From an uncultured Oscillospiraceae bacterium (GTDB taxonomy: Bacteria > Bacillota > Clostridia > Peptostreptococcales > Anaerovoracaceae): DNA of 64,000 nt. Positions 46,434 to 56,714 of the stretch are shown piece after piece. The notes beneath the pieces are model-generated. The model did no database searches, was not told the DNA's origin, and saw nothing but the letters and a program-made list of their open reading frames with translations. Where the stretch lies: positions 33 through 64,032 of the forward strand of contig CAYFQR010000002.1 in NCBI GenBank assembly GCA_964345365.1, written 5' to 3'. The stretch's first letter is position 1; each line of letters begins with the position of its first letter. Made by a program: the position numbers and the translations under genes.

Positions 46434-47132
46434 TTATCCTAAAAACTCTCTATATGCTCTCTTATATGCATCTACCGGATTCAACGCCTCCGTTATCGGT
46501 CTGCCGACAACGATATAATCCGAACCTAATTCCTTTGCTTTTTCAGGGGTTGTCACCCTTTTTTGGTCGCCTTTCTCTCCCCCTTCGAACCTGACTCCCG
46601 GAGTCACTGTCAAAAAACCTTCTCCACAGACCCTATGCACTCTACCGGACTCAAGCGGTGAACACACCACTCCGTCAAGTCCGGCTTCCTTTGCATTTGC
46701 CGCATATTTTTCAACCACCTCTTCGAGCGGTCTGTCTATCAAAAGCTCTCGCCGCATCGTTTCTTCATCCGTTGAAGTAAGTTGAGTAACAGCGATGAGC
46801 AGCGGTCTTTTGCCGTTCTCTACCGTTAGCCCGTCAATCGCTGCGGACATCATCTTGGCCGTTCCCGCCGCATGAACGTTCACCATGTCTATGTCCAATC
46901 TGCTGAGCGATCTCATGGCCTTCATAACGGTATTCGGTATATCGTGAAGCTTCAAATCGAGAAAAACCTTATGTCCCCTCTTTTTTATTTCCCTCACCAT
47001 ATCAGGCCCTTCCGCATAAAAAAGCTCCATGCCTATCTTGACAAACGGCTTGTCTTCCTCGAACCTGTCCAAAAACTCAAGAGTTTCTTTTTTACTTGCG
47101 AAATCGCAGGCGATTATTACATCCTTTCCCAT
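46434..47132 (-). CDS. pyrF: Orotidine 5'-phosphate decarboxylase
   Basis: 232 aa. IIACDF, and FLDLKLHDIPNT. Confidence 0.92.
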   Translation of the reverse strand: MGKDVIIACDFASKKETLEFLDRFEEDKPFVKIGMELFYAEGPDMVREIKKRGHKVFLDLKLHDIPNTVMKAMRSLSRLDIDMVNVHAAGTAKMMSAAIDGLTVENGKRPLLIAVTQLTSTDEETMRRELLIDRPLEEVVEKYAANAKEAGLDGVVCSPLESGRVHRVCGEGFLTVTPGVRFEGGEKGDQKRVTTPEKAKELGSDYIVVGRPITEALNPVDAYKRAYREFLG

Positions 47133-48046
47133 TCTCTTAAACCCCCTATAATATCACTCAATTTATCTATGCCGTACTTATCCATTACGGCGGGAAGCTC
47201 CTCTATTATTTCCTTGCAGGCGAAAGGATTGACGAGGTTCGCCGCGCCGACCTGAACCGCCGTCGCACCCGCAAGCATCATCTCGATTACGTCCTCCGCC
47301 TTAGAGATTCCGCCCATCCCGACTACGGGAATCTTTACCGCCTCATAGACCTGATATACCATCCTGAGAGCCACCGGGAATACGGCGGGGCCGCTCATGC
47401 CGCCCGTTATATTGGCTAAAACCGGCTTTCTCCTGTTTAGGTCAATCCTCATCCCGAGCAGCGTGTTTATGAGGCTGATTCCGTCCGCGCCTTCACTCTC
47501 ACAGGCTGAAGCTATCTCGGCAATATCGGTTACATTGGGCGAAAGTTTAATGATTACCGGCTTTTCGGTAACTTTCTTAACGGACTTCGTAACCTCGGCA
47601 GCCGCTTTTTTATCAGTACCGAAAGCCATTCCGCCACCATGTACATTCGGGCAGCTTATATTTATCTCGAACCAGCCTATCTGCTCGGAATCGTTCAATA
47701 TCCTGACGGTCTCCACATAATCATCTATGCTGAAACCGCTGACATTAGCCATGACGGGCTTATGAAAATAACCTCTCATCTCCGGCAGTATTTCATCTCT
47801 CACACGGATTGCACCCGGATTTTCAAGCCCTACGGAGTTTAACATTCCCTGCGGTATCTCAGCTATTCTCGGCAGCGGGTTTCCCTCTCTCTCATTAAGT
47901 GTGGTTCCTTTGAAAGAGAAAGTTCCGAGCATGTTGATATCATATAGCTCGCTGAATTCCTTCCCGAATCCGAATGTACCGGACGCGGGTATGATAGGGT
48001 TGTCAAGCTCGATATTACATAGCTTTGTTTTCAATCTGTCTACCAT
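47117..48046 (-). CDS. pyrD: Dihydroorotate dehydrogenase 1B, catalytic subunit
   Basis: NPIIPASGTFGFG and ISCPNV motifs. The start is set at ATG 48044-48046 (GGAGG RBS), overlapping the pyrK stop. Confidence 0.9.
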   Translation of the reverse strand: MVDRLKTKLCNIELDNPIIPASGTFGFGKEFSELYDINMLGTFSFKGTTLNEREGNPLPRIAEIPQGMLNSVGLENPGAIRVRDEILPEMRGYFHKPVMANVSGFSIDDYVETVRILNDSEQIGWFEINISCPNVHGGGMAFGTDKKAAAEVTKSVKKVTEKPVIIKLSPNVTDIAEIASACESEGADGISLINTLLGMRIDLNRRKPVLANITGGMSGPAVFPVALRMVYQVYEAVKIPVVGMGGISKAEDVIEMMLAGATAVQVGAANLVNPFACKEIIEELPAVMDKYGIDKLSDIIGGLREWERM

Positions 48047-48777
48047 ATTATTTCCTCCCTCTTGAGTACCGGGCCGTCTTTGCAGATTCTCTTGTTTCCG
48101 TATTTTGTCTTGCACGAACAGCCCATGCATACACCGAAGCCGCAGCCCATGCGCTCCTCGAAGCTGTACTCACCGCCTGATGCGGCAATCTTCTCTATCG
48201 CCTCAAACATTGCCATCGGCCCGCAGGTATACAAATATGTATAGCTGAGGGTTTTCATAACGTCAGTCACGAAACCCTTCTCGCCCACACTTCCGTCTAC
48301 CGTGCAGACATAGGTGTTCACTCCAAGCGCCCTGAACTCATCCGAAAAAAAGACCTCATCAGAACCGTTAAATCCCAAAATTACCGAGATATCTTCAGGC
48401 TTAACTGTCTTAATAAGTTCCTTTGCGAGTTCATACATCGGCGGTATCCCTACGCCTCCCCCGATCAGCAGAGGTCTATTGCCCGCCCTTGATACGTCAA
48501 AGCCGTTTCCGAGCCCTGTGAGGACATCGAGGGTTTCGCCCGTCTTCATCTCCGACATTTTGCCCGTACCCGCTCCTACTTTTTTATAGATTATCGTAAG
48601 TTTATCGCCGTCCGAAGAAGCTACCGAAATCGGTCTCCTCAGATAGAGCCCGTCGAGCTTTATGTTTATGAACTGTCCGGGCTTCGTAAGAGCAGAGCAG
48701 TCTCCCTCAAGCTCCATGAGGTAGATTTTCTTCGCAATCTCCCTGTTGTCCCTTATTCTAAATATCCCTTGCTTCAT
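48040..48777 (-). CDS. pyrK: Dihydroorotate dehydrogenase 1B, electron-transfer subunit
   Basis: 245 aa. FAD/NAD-binding fold and a C-terminal 2Fe-2S Cys cluster (CGFGVCMGCSC). Confidence 0.88.
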   Translation of the reverse strand: MKQGIFRIRDNREIAKKIYLMELEGDCSALTKPGQFINIKLDGLYLRRPISVASSDGDKLTIIYKKVGAGTGKMSEMKTGETLDVLTGLGNGFDVSRAGNRPLLIGGGVGIPPMYELAKELIKTVKPEDISVILGFNGSDEVFFSDEFRALGVNTYVCTVDGSVGEKGFVTDVMKTLSYTYLYTCGPMAMFEAIEKIAASGGEYSFEERMGCGFGVCMGCSCKTKYGNKRICKDGPVLKREEIIW

Positions 48778-48891
48778 GTATTTTTACCTGCCTTATTTTT
48801 TTTCATATTCATAGACATGTTTATTAATTATCAGCCGCCCTGTCACTGATGTGCCTATTAAATGCTTTTCCGAACTTATTTAGAGTTGCAT

Positions 48892-50085
48892 CTATATATT
48901 CTCATGGATTCTGAATCCGTCCACAACGCTTAATATACACCTTCCGTAAACCTTCATGCCTGTGAACGGAGTGGCTCTTCCCATCGACTTGAAACTCTCC
49001 GGCTTTATCTCATACTCGTTCTTTACCTCCCAAACCGAGAAGTTTTCCGTCCTGTCCAATTCATCAAGCCCGAATCTCCTTCTCGGATTCGCGCTCATAA
49101 GTTCAACGAGCTTTTCGAGGCTGATAATTCCTTTTTTTACGAAGTTCGAATACATTATCGGGAAGCAGGTCTCAAGCCCGACTATCCCCATCGCGCTGTC
49201 CCTCAGCCCCTTGGATTTTTCTTCTACGGAATGAGGCGCATGGTCTGTCGCTATCATATCTATCGTGCCGTCCTTAAGCCCCTCGACAAGTGCGAGCCTG
49301 TCTTCCTCACTCCTTATCGGCGGATTCATCTTGAATCTTCCGTCTTCCTCAAGGCACATATCATTTAATATAAGGTAGTGAGGCGCCGTTTCGCAGCTTA
49401 TGTCTATACCCTCGTTTTTAGCCTTACGAATCAATTCTACGCTTTCTTTTGTCGATATGTGACATACATGGAACTTACAGCCTGTTTCTCTCGCGAGCCT
49501 TATATCCCTTTCTATCGGCTTCCACTCACTCTCGGATGATATGCCCGCATGCCCGTGCAGCCTTGCATATTCACCCTCATGAATATATCCTTTATTTCTC
49601 AGCTTCATATCCTCGCAATGCGCCGCTATCACTTTATTTAATTTTTTTGCACGGAACATAGCATCTCGCATGAGTTCTTCATTATTGAGCCCAACTCCGT
49701 CATCCGAGAAACCACAGACAAAAGGTGCAATTTCTTCAAGCTCCGAAAGCTCAAACCCCCGCTCTCCCTTGGTAATCGACCCGTACGGAATAACGCTTAT
49801 GTATGAATCTCTGTTAATTATGTCGAGCTGTTCTTTCAGGTTCTCCAAACAATCAGGGACAGGATTGAGATTAGGCATGCTGAAAACATGCGAGTAGCCT
49901 GAAACTGCCGCCGCCTCGGTTCCCGTCTTTATGGTTTCTTTATAAAAAAATCCCGGCTCTCTCAGATGTACGTGAACATCTGTAAAAGACGGGACAATAA
50001 TAATATCGGATTCCGGGTATTCCGATAAACGTGAATACTGCTCCTCCGTGACATATTTTTTTATGTTTTCCCTTTCGGTTATCAC
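48892..50085 (-). CDS. pyrC: Dihydroorotase
   Basis: 397 aa amidohydrolase. DVHVHLREPG and DHAPH motifs. GTG start after AGGAGG. Confidence 0.88.
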   Translation of the reverse strand: MITERENIKKYVTEEQYSRLSEYPESDIIIVPSFTDVHVHLREPGFFYKETIKTGTEAAAVSGYSHVFSMPNLNPVPDCLENLKEQLDIINRDSYISVIPYGSITKGERGFELSELEEIAPFVCGFSDDGVGLNNEELMRDAMFRAKKLNKVIAAHCEDMKLRNKGYIHEGEYARLHGHAGISSESEWKPIERDIRLARETGCKFHVCHISTKESVELIRKAKNEGIDISCETAPHYLILNDMCLEEDGRFKMNPPIRSEEDRLALVEGLKDGTIDMIATDHAPHSVEEKSKGLRDSAMGIVGLETCFPIMYSNFVKKGIISLEKLVELMSANPRRRFGLDELDRTENFSVWEVKNEYEIKPESFKSMGRATPFTGMKVYGRCILSVVDGFRIHENI

Positions 50086-50106
50086 GCCAAATTCCTCCTA
50101 CGATAT

Positions 50107-50228
50107 GAAAAAACGGCTATTCACTAAAGAACAGCCGTATGCATGACAAAATAATTATATCGCATAATATATAATCGAACTCGATCTTTAGCTGTCCTTC
50201 GCGGCCTCTCCGGACCGTCTCTTAAAGT
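50107..50228 (-). promoter_or_regulatory. PyrR-type transcription attenuator in the pyrC leader (binding loop plus terminator)
   Basis: The minus-strand RNA has CUUUAAGAGACGGUCCGGAGAGGCCGCGAAGGACAGCUAAAG (plus 50186-50227), matching the conserved PyrR-binding ...GUCCAGAGAGGC..GAAGGA... element. It is followed by the hairpin ACGGCU-N14-AGCCGU plus U6 (plus 50107-50138), just upstream of the RBS. Confidence 0.6.
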
Positions 50229-50236
50229 ACAACTAC

Positions 50237-50265
50237 ATGATAAAACAAATCTCTGAAAAATTCAA
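50237..50265 (-). promoter_or_regulatory. Candidate sigma-A promoter of the pyr operon
   Basis: On the minus strand: TTGAAT (plus 50260-50265), a 17-nt spacer, then TATCAT (plus 50237-50242). It sits immediately upstream of the PyrR-binding element. Confidence 0.45.
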
Positions 50266-50315
50266 CTGTTTTTTTGAAAGTTCCCCTGCAAAAAATTTGC
50301 AGAAAACTTGCACCT

Positions 50316-53300
50316 TTACTTCTTAAAATACTCGACCGCGGCTCTGAACAGCTGCATGTCATAATTGCCCGGCACATTCATATAAAGGCCGTTTCCGATT
50401 CTCTCGGAGTGTCCCATTTTGCCGAATACCCTGCCGTCCGGCGACAACAAGCCTTCCACAGCCAAGTCCGAGCCGTTAGGGTTGAATTGAACATCGAATG
50501 TGGCATTCCCCTCTAAATCCACATACTGTGTCATAATCTGCCCTCTGCCGATGAGTTCTCTCTTAAGCTTCTCGGGTGCTATGAATCTTCCTTCGCCGTG
50601 TGAAATAGGAACGGAATATATTTCGCCTACTTCACAGTATTTGAGCCATGGGGAATTCACCGAAGCTATCCTCGTCCTTACTATCTTCGACTGGTGGCGT
50701 GCTATCCTGTTAAATGTTAAAGTCGCACATTCCTCATCGGTGTCGATTATCTTACCGTACGGTACGAGCCCGAGCTTGATGAGGGCTTGGAAGCCGTTGC
50801 ATATTCCCGCCATGAGACCGTCCCTATTGTCTAAAAGGTCAGTCACAGCCTCTTTAATTTCCTCGTTTCTGAAGAATGCCGTTATAAACTTGCCGGAACC
50901 CGACGGTTCGTCTCCTCCCGAAAATCCGCCCGGAATAAATATCATCTGACTGCTTCTTATCTCTTTTGCAAAATCCTCCACGGATTTTTCCACCATTGCG
51001 GAATTTAGGTTCTTTATTATGAATATCTCCGTATCCGCTCCTGCCGCCCTGAATGCCTTGGCGGAATCATATTCGCAATTTGTACCCGGGAATACCGGAA
51101 TCAGAACCTTAGGCGTTTCAACCCTTCTCACAGGACTTGCCATCGGTCTTGCTCGGAACGAAATATTCGAAACTTCGTCTGACGGCGTTTCAATGTTACA
51201 TGTAAACACAGGCTCCAGTTTATCCTCATATATCTTTTCAAGTTCGGCGATTTCGATTTTTTCACCGGCCCTTGAAATATATGATTCGCTTGTCGTCATA
51301 CCGAGTAGCGTGCCGAAGAACGCGGCATTTTCAAGTACTGAATACCTGATTTCCTCCGCCGCTTCCAAAATGAACGAGCCGTAAGAATAGCCGAATATTT
51401 CTTCAAGTGAAATGTCGTTGGCATAAATGAAGCCATGTCCGTTACCGATACACATCTTGAATACCGCTTCCGCGATTCCTCCGTATGTCGGAGTGTAGAG
51501 CGCATTTATGTTTTGATTTTTCTTTTGTTCTCCTATGAATCTGAAAATTTCCTTTAAGGAATCTCTGTCCGGAAGTCCTCGCTCATCATATCTCGGCTTT
51601 AACAGATATACCCTTGAATCCGATTTTTTGAACTCCGGCGAAATTACGTCGGTTAGCCTGCCCGTAGTAACGGCAAATGATATAAGTGTAGGAGGAACGT
51701 GAATGTCCTCGAATGTTCCCGACATCGAGTCCTTGCCGCCGATTGCAGCGAAGCCCATATCCATCTGAGCGTCGAGTGCGCCGAGAAGCGCCGCGAAAGG
51801 AACTCCCCATTTACGCGGGTCTTTTCCGAGTTTCTCAAAATATTCCTGGAACGAAAGATATACATCCTTAAGCTCCGCTCCGTGTGCTGCCAGCTTACAT
51901 ATAGATTCGATTACCGCAAGATATGCTCCGTTAAAAGGATTCCTCTCGGTGATAAACGGGTTATATCCGTATGACATGAAGCTTACGGTGTCCGTATCTT
52001 CCTTCTCAACGGATATTTTGTTAACCATTGCCTGTACAGGCGTCCTCTGATATTTGCCGCCGAAAGGCATGAGCACCGAGCCTGCACCTATCGTGGAGTC
52101 AAACCTCTCGGAGAGCCCGCGCTTAGAGCAAACATTGAGGTCTCCTACAAGCTCGGCATACCCTGCCTTAAAGTCGTCCGGAACATCTTTTTCATATTCT
52201 GAAATCTCGCCGACGTTTACGCTCATGTGCTTTTCCGCACCGTTTGAGTCAAGGAATTCTCTCGAAATGTCCACTATAGCCCTGCCGTTCCAATTAAGAA
52301 CGAGCCTCGGTTCTTCCGTCACAACGGCAACCTCCGTCGCTTCCAGGTTCTCCGTTTCGGCAAGCTCGATGAATCTTTCTTTATCTTCAGCCTCAATAAC
52401 GACAGCCATTCTCTCCTGAGATTCGGATATGGCAAGCTCAGTTCCGTCAAGTCCCTCATATTTCTTTGGAACTTTGTTGAGGTCAACTATAAGTCCGTCG
52501 GCAAGCTCGCCTATCGCAACGGAAACACCGCCCGCGCCGAAGTCGTTGCAGCGTTTTATAAGCGATGATGCCTCATGATTCCTGAAAAGCCTCTGCAGCT
52601 TTCTTTCTTCGGGCGCATTGCCTTTCTGAACCTCCGCCCCGCAGGATTCGAGTGATTCCACACTGTGTGACTTAGAGGAGCCTGTCGCGCCGCCGAGTCC
52701 GTCTCTTCCCGTCCTCCCGCCGAGGAGTATAACAATATCTCCCGGAGCGGGAACCTCGCGCCTTACGTTCCTTTGAGGAGCCGCAGCGATAACCGCGCCG
52801 ACTTCCATTCTCTTTGCTATGTATCCCGGATGATAGATTTCCTCAACCTGTCCGGTTGCGAGCCCTATCTGATTGCCGTAAGAGCTGTAGCCGTTTGCGG
52901 CGGTTTTGACAATCGTCCTCTGAGGAAGCTTGCCCGGCAATGTTTCACTTACCGGAACAAGCGGGTTGCCGGCACCCGTAACTCTCATTGCCGCATAAAC
53001 ATAACTTCTTCCCGAAAGAGGGTCTCTTATTGCGCCGCCTACGCATGTTGCCGCACCGCCGAAGGGCTCGATTTCGGTAGGATGATTGTGAGTTTCGTTC
53101 TTGAAAAGCAGAAGCCAATCTTCGTCTTTGTCCCCAACTCTTACCTTTATCTTTACCGTACAAGCATTTATCTCGTCGCTTTCATCAAGCTTATCTAAAA
53201 GTCCGCGCTTTTTAAGAGATTTCGCGGCAATAGTTCCGATATCCATAAGAGATATCGGTTTCGTTCTGCCCAGGTCTTTTCTTATGTTGATATATCTCTC

Positions 53301-54032
53301 ATACGCTTCTTGGATATAATCGTCATCAAAGAGCACACCGTCTATTATCGTATTAAAAGTGGTATGTCTGCAGTGATCCGACCAATAAGTGTCTATCACC
53401 TTTATTTCCGTGACGGTAGGATTTCTTCTTTCAGAAGCAAAATATTCTCTGCAAAAGATTAAATCCGGCAAGTCCATAGCAAGTCCGGTCTCTTTAATCA
53501 TCTCTTCAAGTTCTTCATCGGAACTGTCGATGAAACCGTCAAGAACCTCAACATCCGAAGGTATTTCATACTTCATCTCGAGAGAATTCGGAACTTCAAG
53601 AGACGCTTCTCTTGATTCAACAGGATTTATGAGATATGTTTTTATTTCACATAATTCATTTTCTGTCAACTCGCCCGAAAGAAGATAAACTCTTGCCGAC
53701 CTTACCTCAGGTCTTTCGCCTTTTGATATGAGCTGAATACATTCGGCGGCGGAAGAAGCTCTCTGGTCAAACTGTCCGGGCAGATATTCGACTGCGAATA
53801 CGTAGTCCGCTTCAGGCAGCTCGGTCATGGTTTTGTCGAGCTGCGGCTCAGAGAACACCGTTCTTACGGCGTAGTCAAACAGCTCGCTGCTTATCCCTTC
53901 ACAATCATATCGGTTAAGAAGTCTGAGCCTTTTTAAGCCGCTTATTCCGAGCAGCTCTTTTATGTCAGCTAAAACTCCTCTCGCCTCATTGTCAAGTCCC
54001 TGTTTTTTTTCAACATAAATTCTGAATACCAT
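50316..54032 (-). CDS. purL: Phosphoribosylformylglycinamidine synthase, large single-chain form (PurS/PurL/PurQ fused)
   Basis: 1238 aa. The C-terminal glutaminase is intact: nucleophile GICNGFQ and MGHSER. Confidence 0.93.
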   Translation of the reverse strand: MVFRIYVEKKQGLDNEARGVLADIKELLGISGLKRLRLLNRYDCEGISSELFDYAVRTVFSEPQLDKTMTELPEADYVFAVEYLPGQFDQRASSAAECIQLISKGERPEVRSARVYLLSGELTENELCEIKTYLINPVESREASLEVPNSLEMKYEIPSDVEVLDGFIDSSDEELEEMIKETGLAMDLPDLIFCREYFASERRNPTVTEIKVIDTYWSDHCRHTTFNTIIDGVLFDDDYIQEAYERYINIRKDLGRTKPISLMDIGTIAAKSLKKRGLLDKLDESDEINACTVKIKVRVGDKDEDWLLLFKNETHNHPTEIEPFGGAATCVGGAIRDPLSGRSYVYAAMRVTGAGNPLVPVSETLPGKLPQRTIVKTAANGYSSYGNQIGLATGQVEEIYHPGYIAKRMEVGAVIAAAPQRNVRREVPAPGDIVILLGGRTGRDGLGGATGSSKSHSVESLESCGAEVQKGNAPEERKLQRLFRNHEASSLIKRCNDFGAGGVSVAIGELADGLIVDLNKVPKKYEGLDGTELAISESQERMAVVIEAEDKERFIELAETENLEATEVAVVTEEPRLVLNWNGRAIVDISREFLDSNGAEKHMSVNVGEISEYEKDVPDDFKAGYAELVGDLNVCSKRGLSERFDSTIGAGSVLMPFGGKYQRTPVQAMVNKISVEKEDTDTVSFMSYGYNPFITERNPFNGAYLAVIESICKLAAHGAELKDVYLSFQEYFEKLGKDPRKWGVPFAALLGALDAQMDMGFAAIGGKDSMSGTFEDIHVPPTLISFAVTTGRLTDVISPEFKKSDSRVYLLKPRYDERGLPDRDSLKEIFRFIGEQKKNQNINALYTPTYGGIAEAVFKMCIGNGHGFIYANDISLEEIFGYSYGSFILEAAEEIRYSVLENAAFFGTLLGMTTSESYISRAGEKIEIAELEKIYEDKLEPVFTCNIETPSDEVSNISFRARPMASPVRRVETPKVLIPVFPGTNCEYDSAKAFRAAGADTEIFIIKNLNSAMVEKSVEDFAKEIRSSQMIFIPGGFSGGDEPSGSGKFITAFFRNEEIKEAVTDLLDNRDGLMAGICNGFQALIKLGLVPYGKIIDTDEECATLTFNRIARHQSKIVRTRIASVNSPWLKYCEVGEIYSVPISHGEGRFIAPEKLKRELIGRGQIMTQYVDLEGNATFDVQFNPNGSDLAVEGLLSPDGRVFGKMGHSERIGNGLYMNVPGNYDMQLFRAAVEYFKK

Positions 54033-54052
54033 TGTTTTTCTCCTACTCTGTT

Positions 54053-55312
54053 TCAGTTTTTTGCTTCAAGAGCTCGTTTTCCTATATCTTTTCTATAAAA
54101 CGCATTTTCAAAATGAACGCTCTTTAGAGTTTCATATGCTCTGTTAATCGCTTCTTCAAGGGTCGGCGCGGTTTCGGTAACTCCGAGCACCCTGCCGCCC
54201 GATGTCACCAATCGTCCGCTGTCGAGCTTCGCCCCTGCCACATATATGTTCTTTTCAGAAGGCATTTCTATCTCAAAGCCTTTTTCGTAGCTTTCAGGGT
54301 ATCCCTTTGACGCCATTACCACGCAGCAAGCCGAGTCGTCGCTGAAGCATACATCGGCATCCGCAAGTTTTCCTTCGCTTATCTTAATCATTATATCAAC
54401 CAAATCCGATTCAAGCAGCGGAAGCACCACCTGAGTTTCCGGGTCTCCGAACCTGCAGTTATATTCTATAACCTTAGGCCCGTCCGATGTGAGCATCAGC
54501 CCGAAATAAAGACAGCCCGAAAAAGTTCTTCCTTCTTTATTCATTGCCTCAACCGTCGGGATAAATATCTTTTCCATGCATTCAGCCGCAATTTCATCGG
54601 TATAATAAGGGTTGGGAGCTACTGCGCCCATTCCGCCCGTATTGAGGCCCATATCGCCGTCCAGCGCTCTTTTGTGGTCCATTGAGGAAACCATCGGTAC
54701 TATGGTCTTACCGTCCGTAAAGGAAAGTACGGATACCTCAGGACCCGTTAGAAACTCCTCGATAACCACCGAATTACCGGAAGCGCCGAACTTTTTCTCA
54801 TTCATTATCTCGTTCAAGGCATCAAGCGCGGCCTCTCTCGTTTCACAGATTAAAACACCCTTCCCGAGCGCAAGACCGTCAGCCTTCACAACCACAGGTA
54901 TCTTACATTGGCTTACATATTCAGCAGCAGCCTCATATTCGGAAAAAACCCCATACTCCGCAGTCGGTATGCCGTATTTCTTCATGAGATTTTTAGAAAA
55001 CACCTTTGAGCCTTCGATGACTGCCGCTTTTTTGTCAGGTCCGAACGTCCTTATTCCCGCCTCTCTAAGAAGGTCAACCGCTCCGAGCACCAGAGGGTCA
55101 TCAGGTGCAACTATTACCAAGTCAACTTTTTTCTCCACGGCAAAATCTCTGACAGCTTCAATGTCCGTAGCACCGATGCTTATACATTCCGCATCGCTCG
55201 CAATCCCGCCGTTCCCCGGGAGCGCATAGATTTTTGCTACCGATTCCGATTCTTTGATTTTTTTGATAATGGCGTGCTCCCGTCCGCCGCCGCCGACCAC
55301 AACTACTTTCAA
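54053..55312 (-). CDS. purD: Phosphoribosylamine--glycine ligase
   Basis: 419 aa ATP-grasp protein. MKVVVVGGGGREHA. TTG start after AGGAG. Confidence 0.93.
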   Translation of the reverse strand: MKVVVVGGGGREHAIIKKIKESESVAKIYALPGNGGIASDAECISIGATDIEAVRDFAVEKKVDLVIVAPDDPLVLGAVDLLREAGIRTFGPDKKAAVIEGSKVFSKNLMKKYGIPTAEYGVFSEYEAAAEYVSQCKIPVVVKADGLALGKGVLICETREAALDALNEIMNEKKFGASGNSVVIEEFLTGPEVSVLSFTDGKTIVPMVSSMDHKRALDGDMGLNTGGMGAVAPNPYYTDEIAAECMEKIFIPTVEAMNKEGRTFSGCLYFGLMLTSDGPKVIEYNCRFGDPETQVVLPLLESDLVDIMIKISEGKLADADVCFSDDSACCVVMASKGYPESYEKGFEIEMPSEKNIYVAGAKLDSGRLVTSGGRVLGVTETAPTLEEAINRAYETLKSVHFENAFYRKDIGKRALEAKN

Positions 55313-55440
55313 TTCAGTTCTCCTCGTATAAAATGTTTTACCGACACATTTTCTTATTGAAAAATGTCATAAAATAACTTGTCCTAATTGAACACTCCAT
55401 CCATACAAATGTTATCGGATGCTCTGATATAATCGAAAAA

Positions 55441-56625
55441 TCAGTGATGGAACAGCCTTATCCCCGTAAACACCATGAGCATATCGTATCGATTACAGGT
55501 CTCGATTACATTATCGTCCCTGACGGAGCCGCCCGGCTGAATTACATAACTCACGCCGCTCTTATATGCACGGTCAATATTGTCACCGAACGGGAAAAAT
55601 GCGTCCGAGCCGAGAGTAACTCCGCTTATACCGCTCAGATATTCCCTCTGTTCTTCCCTTGTGAATGCAGCAGGCTTCTCATAAAAAAGCCTCTCCCAGC
55701 ATCCGTCCCCTATTACTTCCTCACAATCTTCCGAAAGATACAAGTCTATCGCATTATCCCTGTCAGGTCTTCCTATTTCTTCCTTAAACGGAAGCGAAAG
55801 AACCCTGTCAGACTGCCTGAGATGCCATTTATCCGCTTTTTCTCCCGCAAGCCTCGTGCAGTGAATTCTCGACTGCTGCCCGGCGCCTACGCCGATTGCC
55901 TGGCCTTTCTCAGCGAATACGACAGAGTTCGACTGAGTATATTTCAGCGTTATAAGGGCAACCATCATATCTCTCTTTATCTCGGGGGTCAGCTCTTTTC
56001 TTACGGTTACTATATTCTCGAAATTCTCATTCCTTACCTTGAAATCGTTATGTCCCTGCTCGAAACAAACTCCGAAAACCTGTTTTTTCTCAATAGGCGC
56101 ACATGCATAGTCCGGATTGATTTTTATTATGGCATAGTTTCCTTTTTTCTTCTTTTTCAGTATTTCGAGAGCCTCATCATCATAGTCCGGTGCAATGATT
56201 CCGTCCGAAACTTCTCTTGCGATAAGCCTTGCGCAAGTCAGGTCACATTTTTCGGAAAGAGCTATCCAGTCACCGAAAGAGCTCATCCTGTCAGTTCCTC
56301 TCGCTTTGGCATAAGCGGTAGCGATTCGGGATTCATCTATGCCCTCTATATCATCGACAAAAAACGCCTTCTTTTCTCTTTCGCTCAATTTCACATATAC
56401 GGCCGCTGAAGTAGGACTTACATGCTTGAACGATGTGGCGGCGGGAAGTCCGACAGCCTCGCTAAGCTCCTTTACAAGCTGCCAGCTGTTAAACGCATCG
56501 AGCAGATTGATGTATCCCGCACGCCCGTTAAGCACCTCGAAAGGAAGCTCACTTCCGTCATCCATATATATCTTCGCGGGTTTCTGATTCGGATTACATC
56601 CGTATTTAAGTTCGTATTCCTTCAT
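55441..56625 (-). CDS. purH: AICAR formyltransferase (PurH C-terminal domain only, no MGS-like IMP cyclohydrolase domain)
   Basis: 394 aa. Starts with ...YGCNPNQ and ends with GGSVRDD...FTGIRLFHH, which is the AICARFT domain alone. Confidence 0.85.
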   Translation of the reverse strand: MKEYELKYGCNPNQKPAKIYMDDGSELPFEVLNGRAGYINLLDAFNSWQLVKELSEAVGLPAATSFKHVSPTSAAVYVKLSEREKKAFFVDDIEGIDESRIATAYAKARGTDRMSSFGDWIALSEKCDLTCARLIAREVSDGIIAPDYDDEALEILKKKKKGNYAIIKINPDYACAPIEKKQVFGVCFEQGHNDFKVRNENFENIVTVRKELTPEIKRDMMVALITLKYTQSNSVVFAEKGQAIGVGAGQQSRIHCTRLAGEKADKWHLRQSDRVLSLPFKEEIGRPDRDNAIDLYLSEDCEEVIGDGCWERLFYEKPAAFTREEQREYLSGISGVTLGSDAFFPFGDNIDRAYKSGVSYVIQPGGSVRDDNVIETCNRYDMLMVFTGIRLFHH

Positions 56626-56714
56626 TGCAATCTCCCATATTCAATGCTTATATTTATGTACACATTATACAACTATCTAACTGTTTCTATATATATCATA
56701 TCCCCTCGCTGAGC

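Noticed and set aside
55444-56409. A 321-aa plus-strand ORF, the longest unexplained ORF in the track.
   Set aside because: It lies entirely antisense to the well-supported purH CDS. It has no RBS and a low-complexity, Arg/Leu/Phe-rich composition, so it is a typical shadow ORF. The same reasoning applies to 30302-30928, 54612-55229, 31497-32051, 23825-24340, 24464-24970, 25779-26306 and 16464-16967.
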